Below, in pieces: positions 56,064 through 64,000 of a stretch of DNA of 64,000 nt (positions within the stretch are counted from its first letter, which is position 1; the number at the start of each line of letters is the position of its first letter). The notes below the pieces were generated by a model. That model searched no databases, had not been told where the DNA came from, and saw nothing but the letters and a program-made list of their open reading frames with translations. The DNA is taken from assembly GCA_964607485.1 (NCBI GenBank), contig CAZSKP010000018.1, positions 1-64,000 of the forward strand, given 5' to 3'. Both the position numbers and the translations under genes were made by a program. This stretch comes from an uncultured bacterium (GTDB lineage Bacteria; Abyssobacteria; SURF-5).

Positions 56064-56357
56064 CTAGAGCAGGTCGTCGAGCAGCCGGCCTGCGACGGTG
56101 CGGTTGACGTTTTCGTCCTGCGGATTTTGCGATTCGATGCGAGTCTTGGCCTCCGCGACCTGGTCGGCCCGGGTGTCGGGAATCTGTTTGACGAGCGAAA
56201 CGAGCCGGGCGACCTCTGCGGCCCTCTGCGCCTCGGGAGAGATATTCACCCCGTCGCTGGACCGTACCTCGTCGGCGCGGCGTCGGCGCTGGTCTTCCTG
56301 CTGGCGCGGCTGATTCAGGAAAGGCTCATTTACGCCGTCTATCTTGCTGATGTCCAC
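56064..56357 (-). CDS. flgM: Anti-sigma-28 factor FlgM-like protein
   Basis: DGVNIS..A..IPDTRADQVAEAKTRIE..VAGRLL pattern, 97 aa; sigma28 promoter upstream. Confidence 0.7.
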   Translation of the reverse strand: MDISKIDGVNEPFLNQPRQQEDQRRRRADEVRSSDGVNISPEAQRAAEVARLVSLVKQIPDTRADQVAEAKTRIESQNPQDENVNRTVAGRLLDDLL

Positions 56358-56421
56358 GGTTCACCTCTACTCTGGCGCAAGAGGATATACCTTGATATTC
56401 CTTCGCTCGTTTCTACTACAT

Positions 56422-56449
56422 ATATCGGTCAGAAGCGTCCTTTGCTTTA
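56422..56449 (-). promoter_or_regulatory. Putative sigma28 (FliA) promoter
   Basis: TAAA-N16-ACCGATAT on the minus strand (consensus TAAA-N15-GCCGATAA). Confidence 0.65.
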
Positions 56450-56497
56450 GTCAAAATTATACAGAGAATCGGCGAGAAGGTCAAGCGGGGCGAGATT

Positions 56498-57352
56498 TTA
56501 TATCTCTAACTTCTCGCCTACCAACGAATTATCTATTTCCGCAAGTAATGGTGGAATCTTGCGCTTGCTCAGCCTCAACAAGTCCCAGGCCGCCCTGTCG
56601 AGCTCCGGATTGTTCCCTCCACCGGAACCTATCCCCTTGGCCCGGGCAATGATATCGGCCAGATGAGTCGCGGCGGCGTAGCCGATGTGTTCTTCCGGCG
56701 CCTTCATTGGAGCATGGTGATGGCCGAGGGCGGAGGTGACTTCCTCGGAAAGGTTCCATCGTCTTGCCAGCAGGCCGCCCACCTCGGCATGGGTGCATCC
56801 GACGGCCCTCTTCTCGGCTTCGAACAAGGGAATCGCTTCATCCCTGCTGAGCACGAGGGCCTCCTCGAATTTTGCCTGCAGATGCTGGCCCAGTATGATC
56901 TTACCCAGGTCGTGGAGCAAACCGCAGATGAAGAACTCGTCTTCCCGTCGTCCGGCTTGAGGAAACGCCTCCTTTGCGATGATCCTCCCCGCAACCCCCA
57001 CTCCAAGCGAGTGCCGCCAGAATTTCTCCCTCTCGAAAAGGCCCGCGATGTCGCCGTCGGAGGATATATCAAAGACCGTCGCCGTCATTACAAGGTTGCG
57101 AATGATATTGTACCCGAGCATCGTGACGGCATGGTTTATCGTGGTCACTTTGTTTCGAAGCCCGTAGTAAGCGGAATTGGCAAGCCTGAGCACCTTTGTG
57201 GCGGTCGGCGGGTCGCGCGATATGATGTTTGCGATATCCGAAGCCGACGACTCAGGATGCGCAATTGCGGCATTGAGGTCGGCCAGAACCGACGGAATGG
57301 TGGGAAGAGTGACTATGCTTTCTATAATGCTCTCGGACAGCTCCTCGCTCAT
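56498..57352 (-). CDS. HDOD domain protein
   Basis: LPTIP, ISRDP..KVLRLANSAYY, FWRHS, GLLHDLGK, HAEVG..W. Confidence 0.92.
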   Translation of the reverse strand: MSEELSESIIESIVTLPTIPSVLADLNAAIAHPESSASDIANIISRDPPTATKVLRLANSAYYGLRNKVTTINHAVTMLGYNIIRNLVMTATVFDISSDGDIAGLFEREKFWRHSLGVGVAGRIIAKEAFPQAGRREDEFFICGLLHDLGKIILGQHLQAKFEEALVLSRDEAIPLFEAEKRAVGCTHAEVGGLLARRWNLSEEVTSALGHHHAPMKAPEEHIGYAAATHLADIIARAKGIGSGGGNNPELDRAAWDLLRLSKRKIPPLLAEIDNSLVGEKLEI

Positions 57353-57371
57353 CGTCGCAACCCTTTCCCGC

Positions 57372-57623
57372 TCAATGCGTCTTCGAAATCCTCTCCGTTT
57401 GGCAGCACACCTCGATGATGTCCTCCGGCCGAAGGGCGTCTATCAGGTCGGGCAGCTCGCCCACCCTCTCGGCTTCCAGCTCGATGCGGTCAAAGTCGCT
57501 CACGTCGGAATAGAAGGTCAACTGCCGGCCTTCGTCCGCATCTTTGAGTAACGCGACTACCGGGGTGCCGTCTTCCAGAACAAACCGTCTCGCCAGCCCT
57601 TCCTGCACTTTTTGCCACGCCAT
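57372..57623 (-). CDS. Small acidic hypothetical protein
   Basis: RBS GGAG before ATG; co-oriented with the HDOD gene. Confidence 0.6.
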   Translation of the reverse strand: MAWQKVQEGLARRFVLEDGTPVVALLKDADEGRQLTFYSDVSDFDRIELEAERVGELPDLIDALRPEDIIEVCCQTERISKTH

Positions 57624-57726
57624 AATCTCGCTCCGTTTTTTTCAGACTCCGCCGGTTACCCCTCAAGGTTATCAAATAGTAGTATATTCGTCAAGCTTCA
57701 TGCAAATCCACGGCGGAGGTCGTCGC

Positions 57727-59562
57727 TCAGTAGCCCATCCGCTCCAGCCGTCTCAGATTGTCGCGCGCCTCCTCCATGTCGGGTCGGATTCGAAGTGCCT
57801 GCTCCCATTCGTTGCGTGCGAGTGTGTGGCGTCCCTGAAGAGCATAAATTATGCCAAGTCCGTTGTGCGCCTCGGCGCTGTCGGGGTCGAAGCGAATCGC
57901 CATCTCAAACTGCTTCTCCGCCCGGTTGAGATCGCCGGAATCCTTGTACGCCAGGGCCAGGTTCACATGCGCGATGGAGCTCGAAGGATCGAGCTCGACC
58001 GCCTTCTGGCCGGCGGCGATCGCTTCGGGAAGCCGGCCCTGCATCCTGTAAATGACTGTCAGGTTCATGTACGCCATGCCGAAATCCGGCTCGAGCCGGA
58101 GCGCCTCGCGAAATTCCTCGGCCGCCCTGTCGAGCCAGCCCTTGGCCTTGTAGGCGAGCCCCAGGCTGTTTCGATAACTGGCCACATCGGGCGCAAGAAT
58201 CACCGCCTGTTTCAGTTGCTCCAGGCCCGCGTCCACCTGTCCGCGTTCGAGGTAAACGTTGCCGAGGTTGAGGCGCATCCTGTGATTCTCCGGATGCATC
58301 TCAACTATGTACCGGTACAGACGAATCTCGTCTTTCCAGATGAAATTGCGCTTGATCGACAGCAGCGAGAACAACAGAAGCACGCAGCAAAGCGCGACCG
58401 TGGCCGGCCTGCGCAGGCGTCGGGCCTTACCGCTCTCGTCCGAGCCGCAGAAGATTTTTTCAAATCCGTCGGCCGCGCAGAGGAAAACACCGATGCAGGG
58501 CAGATACAGGAAATGGATGGGAGTGAACAATTCCGAACGCGCCGCCCCGGCGTATATCGGAAGGATGTTGCTCATGGGAATGAACACGATCAGGTACCAC
58601 AGCAGGCCGAACAGTCCGGTCTTCGTTTTCCTGGCAAGCCACGGAATAGCCGCCGCCACGGCGATCGCAAAGAGCAGCGGCAGCAGAATTCGCGGCTCGC
58701 CTATCGATTGGGCCAGCGGGGTGCGCGGGTCATAGTCGAGATGGAACGGAAAAAGCAGGAGCAAGAAATAATGGAACAGTACCGCCGGAATCGTTATGAG
58801 TCTTCGCGGCAACTCCGTCGCAAAGGCGGCGACGATGCCCCCGGCCTCGCCGAGCACGTTCGCGCGAACCCACAGATACACGGCGGCCAGCAGGAAGAAG
58901 GGAACGTATCCGGCGACCCTTGCGGCGTGGGTCGGCCTCCGGCTTCTGTCGATGATGAATGGATCGACCAATATTAACACGAGCGGAAGCGTAATCACTT
59001 CCTCCTTGGAGAAAAAACCAAGTCCGCACAGTACCAGCGACGCCGCGTAGGCTATCGCGGAAGCGCGGGTGTCGACCGACCGACGAAATCGGACATACAG
59101 AAGAATTGAAGAGAGGAAGAAGAAGGCCGACAGAATGCCGGTTCGGTCGGCTATGGCGACGATTCCCTTATGAACCGGATGCGACGCGAAAAGGAGAGCC
59201 GCGACTAACGCGGTTCCCCCGCTGCGCGAGACATGTCTCAGGATATGGAACACCATGATCGCATTTGCGGCGTGAAGCAGCAGGTTGGTCAGATGGAATC
59301 CCCATGGCCTCAGGCCCCACAGGGCGTATTCGAGCGCGAATGAAAGCATGACGACGGGCCGATAATAGAGTCCGAGAAAAGGTTCGCGGAAGAGCAAAGG
59401 CAGGGCGTCCCAGTGCTTGATAAGAACGTTGCCCGTCACGAGCGCCCTGTCATCCCACACGAAATCCGCAGTCAGGGCGTTCAAGTTGACGACAAACACC
59501 AGGCCAATGAGAATAAGGGCCGGCGTCAAGGCGCCTTCATTTCCCGTCGAGGAGTCGTTCAC
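57727..59562 (-). CDS. TMTC-like membrane protein with TPR repeats
   Basis: FVWDD, YYRPV, FHLTNLLLH, SKEE, YLP; TPR C-terminus. Confidence 0.85.
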   Translation of the reverse strand: MNDSSTGNEGALTPALILIGLVFVVNLNALTADFVWDDRALVTGNVLIKHWDALPLLFREPFLGLYYRPVVMLSFALEYALWGLRPWGFHLTNLLLHAANAIMVFHILRHVSRSGGTALVAALLFASHPVHKGIVAIADRTGILSAFFFLSSILLYVRFRRSVDTRASAIAYAASLVLCGLGFFSKEEVITLPLVLILVDPFIIDRSRRPTHAARVAGYVPFFLLAAVYLWVRANVLGEAGGIVAAFATELPRRLITIPAVLFHYFLLLLFPFHLDYDPRTPLAQSIGEPRILLPLLFAIAVAAAIPWLARKTKTGLFGLLWYLIVFIPMSNILPIYAGAARSELFTPIHFLYLPCIGVFLCAADGFEKIFCGSDESGKARRLRRPATVALCCVLLLFSLLSIKRNFIWKDEIRLYRYIVEMHPENHRMRLNLGNVYLERGQVDAGLEQLKQAVILAPDVASYRNSLGLAYKAKGWLDRAAEEFREALRLEPDFGMAYMNLTVIYRMQGRLPEAIAAGQKAVELDPSSSIAHVNLALAYKDSGDLNRAEKQFEMAIRFDPDSAEAHNGLGIIYALQGRHTLARNEWEQALRIRPDMEEARDNLRRLERMGY

Positions 59563-59565
59563 CCT

Positions 59566-61437
59566 TCACCGCCCCGTTCTATTGAGGTTGTCCAGACTCT
59601 TGCGCGCGCTCCTCAGGTCGGGCTGGATGCGCAGGGCCTCTTCCCAATGCTGACGCGCTTTGTCATATTCTTTCTTGGCCGAGTACAGCGCGCCCAAGGC
59701 GTCGTGTGCCTGAGCGTCGTCGGCATCGTTATCGAGCGCCGCGAGGAATTGCTCCTCCGCCTCATCGAGCCGGCCCTCGCGCTTGTAGATGAGGCCGAGA
59801 TTCGTGTGCATCGCCGAATTCGACGGCTCGAGTTCGACCGCTTTTTCGCCTGCAGCCGTCGCCTCCTCGAGCCTTCTTATATGCACATAGGCAACGGCTA
59901 AGTTGGAGTATGGTCCGGCATTGTTTGGATCGAGCCGGATGCTCTTCTGAAATTCCGCTATCGCTCTGTCGGTCCATCCCCTTTTGAGATAAGCAAGCCC
60001 GAGTGTATTGTGGGTCTCGGCAGTTTCCGGCTCCAGGGCGACCGCTCGTTCGAGCTCCGCAATGGCTTCATTCATCCCTCCCGCAGTCAGATAGGCGTTG
60101 CCGAGGTTGACGCGCATCGCAGAGTCTTTGGGGTGCATCCGAACAATGTATCGGAACAGCCCGATTTCATTCTTCCATATTGCGTTCCGCCTGAGAGAGA
60201 GCAGACAAAAAGCCATGACCACGGCGAGAAAACACAGGATCGTTCCTCTGCGACATAATCTGCCAACCCCGCTCTCATCGAAACGGTCGAGCGTTCCCCT
60301 GAGCGCAAGCCCCGCGCAGAGAAAGATCCCGATTGACGGCAGGTAGACAAAATGGATGGGAGTGAAGAGTTCAGTGTCGGCAATCTCGGGAAAGATCGGG
60401 ATGATGTTGCTCATGGGAACAAACACGATGAAGAACCAGAGCAGCCCGAACGCGGCCGGCTTGCACCTTCTGAACAGCCACGGAACCATCGCGAGAATCA
60501 CGAGCGTCGCAGCCACCGCCGCCCACGCGGAGAATTCCAGCCCCGACGCCGCCAGCGGAGTGCGGGGGTTGAAATCCAGGTTCAGCGGGAACGCCAGGAG
60601 AAAAATGTAATTCAGCATGAGCTTGGGAATAGTGAGCAGTCTGCGCAGCGGCTCCACGGCAAAGGCCTGAGCCATCCCGCCGACCGACACGCCGACCGAA
60701 TTGCGCGCCCACAGGTACAGAAACGGCAGCAGCACGAAAGGCGCGTAAAGCGCGGCGCTGCGAGTCCAACTGCGCCTGAGCTTCTCCGGAAACAAGAACC
60801 AATCGGTCAGGATTATTATTGCCGGCAGCGTCAACGCTTCTTCCTTGGAAAAAAGCGCCAGCGCGCAGAAGACAACCGCCGCTCCGTATCTGAGCCAGGC
60901 CTTTTTGGAATTTCCGGAATTGCGATACCCGATGTATAGCGTGAGGGCGCCGAGGTAAAAGAAGGCAGAGAGCATGCCCGTCCGGTCAGCAATGTTGACC
61001 ACGCCCTTGTGCGCCGGATGCGCCGCGAACAGGAGGGCGCCCAGGAAGGCGGCGTCGGCATTACGCGACACCCGTTTCAGAATCGCGAACACGAGAATCG
61101 AATTTGCGCCGTGAAGCAACAGGTTGGTGAGGTGAAACCCGAACGGCCTCAAACCCCAAATGGCGCGTTCGAGCGCGAAGGAAAGCATGACAACGGGGCG
61201 GTAGTAGCTCGCGAGGAAGGTCTGCGTGAACACCGTCGGGAGCGTATCCCAATGCCTGATAGCACTGTTGTTCGCAATGAGCGTCCAGTCGTCCCACACG
61301 AATCCGGCGGATAACGCGTTCAGGTTGCCGGCAAGCACCACGCCGAGTATCAACAAGACGGGGATAGTCGCGAGCCTGTTCGGGATCTGATGCGCCGCCT
61401 TGCTTGCTAGGTCACAACTCCCATGCTCGCTCGCCAT
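59566..61437 (-). CDS. TMTC-like membrane protein with TPR repeats (tandem paralog)
   Basis: Same motifs as the neighbour, including ELFTPIHF; start placed downstream of the predicted promoter. Confidence 0.85.
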   Translation of the reverse strand: MASEHGSCDLASKAAHQIPNRLATIPVLLILGVVLAGNLNALSAGFVWDDWTLIANNSAIRHWDTLPTVFTQTFLASYYRPVVMLSFALERAIWGLRPFGFHLTNLLLHGANSILVFAILKRVSRNADAAFLGALLFAAHPAHKGVVNIADRTGMLSAFFYLGALTLYIGYRNSGNSKKAWLRYGAAVVFCALALFSKEEALTLPAIIILTDWFLFPEKLRRSWTRSAALYAPFVLLPFLYLWARNSVGVSVGGMAQAFAVEPLRRLLTIPKLMLNYIFLLAFPLNLDFNPRTPLAASGLEFSAWAAVAATLVILAMVPWLFRRCKPAAFGLLWFFIVFVPMSNIIPIFPEIADTELFTPIHFVYLPSIGIFLCAGLALRGTLDRFDESGVGRLCRRGTILCFLAVVMAFCLLSLRRNAIWKNEIGLFRYIVRMHPKDSAMRVNLGNAYLTAGGMNEAIAELERAVALEPETAETHNTLGLAYLKRGWTDRAIAEFQKSIRLDPNNAGPYSNLAVAYVHIRRLEEATAAGEKAVELEPSNSAMHTNLGLIYKREGRLDEAEEQFLAALDNDADDAQAHDALGALYSAKKEYDKARQHWEEALRIQPDLRSARKSLDNLNRTGR

Positions 61438-61467
61438 CCGCACCCCCATTCGGAACCGCACCGAAAA

Positions 61468-61556
61468 ATTATAGCACACATGCAGCTTCGCCACAACGAC
61501 GCCGCTCTCACAGTATGTAAGCCCAAATTGACGGGGCGCATGATGGGTGCTAGAAT
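61468..61556. promoter_or_regulatory. Divergent pair of putative sigma70 promoters
   Basis: Minus strand TTGTGG-N17-TATAAT (61496-61468); plus strand TTGACG-N17-TAGAAT (61528-61556). Confidence 0.55.
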
Positions 61557-61634
61557 AGACGCAGTATCGGACCCGGTCCGGGTGCAAGCCATCGGGTCGA
61601 ATCGCGTGTGGTTCCCTTAATTGACTGTCAACGG

Positions 61635-62492
61635 ATGCAGATTTGCCTGAACCTGACAACGCTGCTTCGCGCGAGTCTCGAGGAGTCCGTCGGCGCCGCC
61701 GCGCAGGCGGGCTTCGGGGCGGTCGAGTTATGGGTCGATGCCCTCGAGAGGTACCTCGATGCGCATACAAGCGACGACCTTCGCGCCCTGCTGGACGAAC
61801 ACCGCATGAGGGTTCTGAGCATCGGCGATATCGAGTCGGTGACCTTCTGCAATCCCGAACAGTTCGATGAGCTTCGCCGGCGCTGCGAGCGCCTGGCCTC
61901 GGTTGCGCGCGCGATATCGTGTCCGACGTTGGTTGCGAGCGCCTCGGTGAGGCCGCGGGGCGTGGACGCCTCCGAGATAGCCGCCGAGACCGCGTCGGTT
62001 CTCGGAAAGCTGCTCGACATAGTGGAGCCGGAAGGAGTGGGGCTCGCGTTTGCGTTTCGAGGCTTCGGATGGTGCGCGGTGAACTCGCTCGAGCAGGTCA
62101 GGGAAGCGGTGGAAGCCCATGCGGGAAGGCGCGTCGGGCTCGCGCTGGACACGTTTGACCTCCACACCACGGGCGTCCGACCGGGGACGCTTGAGGCTGT
62201 GGAGCCGTCGCAGATATTCGTCACGCGGTTGAGCGATTGCAACGAAGCTCCGCCGCCGATACTCTCCGAGACCGACAGGGTGCTGCCCGGAGAGGGCGTC
62301 GCGGGCCTCAACGCTCTGTTGGACGCATTGTGGAAGACCGGCTTCGCAGGACCGGTCTCCCTGAAGATTCTTAGCCCCAGGCTCTGGAGCCTCGGCGCCG
62401 CCGAGACGGCAAAGGTCGTCATGGCGACGGCGGCTCGATATCTGCCCGCGACAATTTCGGAGGAGCCTGAGGGGAAAAGTGAATCCGTCTGA
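61635..62492 (+). CDS. Sugar phosphate isomerase/epimerase (xylose isomerase-like TIM barrel), degenerate metal site
   Basis: AGFGAVELW, ALDTF, LSD, RVLPGEG, GFAGPVSL. Confidence 0.75.
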   Translation: MQICLNLTTLLRASLEESVGAAAQAGFGAVELWVDALERYLDAHTSDDLRALLDEHRMRVLSIGDIESVTFCNPEQFDELRRRCERLASVARAISCPTLVASASVRPRGVDASEIAAETASVLGKLLDIVEPEGVGLAFAFRGFGWCAVNSLEQVREAVEAHAGRRVGLALDTFDLHTTGVRPGTLEAVEPSQIFVTRLSDCNEAPPPILSETDRVLPGEGVAGLNALLDALWKTGFAGPVSLKILSPRLWSLGAAETAKVVMATAARYLPATISEEPEGKSESV

Positions 62493-62511
62493 CACATTCA
62501 CAGAGGGCAAG

Positions 62512-63558
62512 ATGGCGGACAAAGTCAGACTCACGACGCTTACGAAGAGCGGCGGGTGAGCGTGTAAGGCCGGTCAGAGCGACCTGGCGCAGGTCCTGCG
62601 CTTGCTTCCACCCGTAGCCGATCCGAACATAATCGTCGCGGCAGATACCGCCGACGATGCGGCCGTGTACCGTCTGGACGACGAGACGGCCATCGTGCAG
62701 ACGGCCGACTATTTCACGCCCATCGTGGACAATCCTTACGACTTCGGGCAGATCGCGGCCGCGAACTCGCTGTCGGACATCTACGCGATGGGGGCGCGTC
62801 CGCTCTTCGCGCTGAGCCTCGCCGGGTTTCCCGTCAAGAAATTTCCACACTCGCTGCTCGCGGAAATCCTGAGGGGCGGGATGGACAAGGCGACCGAGGC
62901 GGGCATCAGCATAGCGGGCGGTCATACCGTCGAGGACGACGAGCCCAAGTACGGCTTGGCCGTCACGGGCATCGTGGCGCCCGACCGCGTCGTCAGAAAC
63001 TCGACCGCCAAGCCGGGCGACGCGCTCATACTCACCAAGCCGCTCGGCACGGGAATCATCACGACGGGGATCAAGGCCGAAATGGTCTCCGACGAAACCA
63101 TCGAGAGAGTGACCCGGCTGATGGCCACGCTGAACAGGCGGGCCTCCGAGGTGATGGTGAAGGTCGGCGTGAGCGCGTGCACCGACGTGACCGGCTTCGG
63201 GCTCATGGGGCATCTTCAGGAGATGGTGGCCGCCAGCGGTGTGGCCGCGCGAATCCACGCGTCGGAAATTCCCGTCATGGATGAGGTCTGGGAGCTGATC
63301 AAGCGAGAATGCGTGCCCGGCGGCAGCGAAGCAAACAAGAAGTTCGCCGACGATTTTGCGAGATGGCACCAGGACGTGGAGGAGTCTGTGCGGCTGGCGC
63401 TGTGCGACGCGCAGACCTCCGGCGGCCTGCTCATCGCCACACCCCACGAGAAGACGGAGCAGATGCTCTTTACGCTGCACGAGGCCGGCGTCGATATGGC
63501 CGCCGTCATAGGCCAGATTATCGACGGCCCCGCCTGCTGCATCTTCGTCGAACCGTGA
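62512..63558 (+). CDS. selD: Selenophosphate synthetase, selenocysteine-containing (UGA at codon 16)
   Basis: MADKVRLTTLTKSGG-UGA-ACK in frame with DDAAVY, DYFTPIVD, AANSLSD, GGHT, LTKPLGTG, TDVTGFGL, DAQTSGGLL. Confidence 0.93.
62569..62588 (+). promoter_or_regulatory. SECIS-like hairpin downstream of the Sec codon
   Basis: GCC-GGTC-[AGAGC]-GACC-T-GGC starting 10 nt after the TGA at 62557-62559. Confidence 0.65.
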
Positions 63559-63624
63559 ATCATTTGACACCGGTTGGTTCAGGTCTCATCGGTCTGTTGT
63601 CCAAATGAGAATCGACCACATTCT

Positions 63625-63660
63625 CTTGCAGGGGCAGGCACGGGGGCCTGCCCCTACAAG
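63625..63660. repeat. GTAG-type REP-like palindrome after selD
   Basis: CTTGCAGGGGCAGGC-ACGGGG-GCCTGCCCCTACAAG. Confidence 0.75.
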
Positions 63661-63724
63661 TCCTGATTGGTTTCGGCAACAAGCCGTGAAGACCTGACCG
63701 CATTTCTTCGGGAGGAGAAAGAGA

Positions 63725-64000
63725 ATGAAGAGGCTCCAGAAGTTCATCGACCGTGCGGTCGATATGAACGCCATCAAAGACGAGGCGCTGCTGTCGTCGC
63801 TCGGCGTCGAGGCCCGCTACGTGCCGGAAGAACTTGAGGACTTCGACGAGATGGAATTCGGGCTGGGGCGCTCGGGCGACCGGACCGTCATATTCACGCT
63901 CGTGCTCGTGCAGAAGAAGTTACAGCGCGTGTCGCTCGGCTGGATTCCCGAGGGAGGCGAGGAGGACGACATGCGCGCGTTCTCCGAGGCCGAGCTGACC
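63725..64000 (+). CDS. Hypothetical protein (runs off the window end)
   Basis: RBS GGAGGAG; open frame MKRLQKFIDRAVDMNAIKDE... to the end of the window. Confidence 0.7.
   Translation, partial: MKRLQKFIDRAVDMNAIKDEALLSSLGVEARYVPEELEDFDEMEFGLGRSGDRTVIFTLVLVQKKLQRVSLGWIPEGGEEDDMRAFSEAELT

Noticed and set aside
62602-63558. selD as a truncated gene or pseudogene starting at TTG 62602
   Set aside because: The upstream in-frame TGA sits at the catalytic Cys/Sec position and is followed by a SECIS-like hairpin.

Overview
A GC-rich bacterial chromosomal window with about 55 protein-coding genes. I could not support any tRNA, rRNA, CRISPR array or prophage. Housekeeping genes include glgA, an aminotransferase-serA-galE operon, xerD, recR, def, yggS-pheS-pheT-zapA, the nfeD-floA-lemA-htpX membrane quality-control operon and selD. 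Five things stand out. (1) selD has an in-frame TGA at the catalytic position followed by a SECIS-like hairpin, so it is a selenoprotein that the ORF track truncates. (2) A GxxExxY nuclease-fold gene is bracketed by a 29-bp near-perfect inverted repeat with 9-bp periodicity and sits between two Tat-signal genes; gene-less relatives of these repeats occur elsewhere in the window. (3) One operon joins a ketosynthase lacking both catalytic histidines, three sensor kinases (one with His->Gln at the phosphoacceptor) and an MMPL/RND exporter, a candidate lipid-signal system. (4) A heavily base-paired intergenic element of about 220-320 nt at 44.2-44.5 kb matches no RNA family I recognise. (5) A repeat-rich fibre/adhesin gene is inserted at the 3' end of nfeD and flanked by a diverged 63-bp direct repeat. 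All calls come from reading motifs by eye; no database searches were run.
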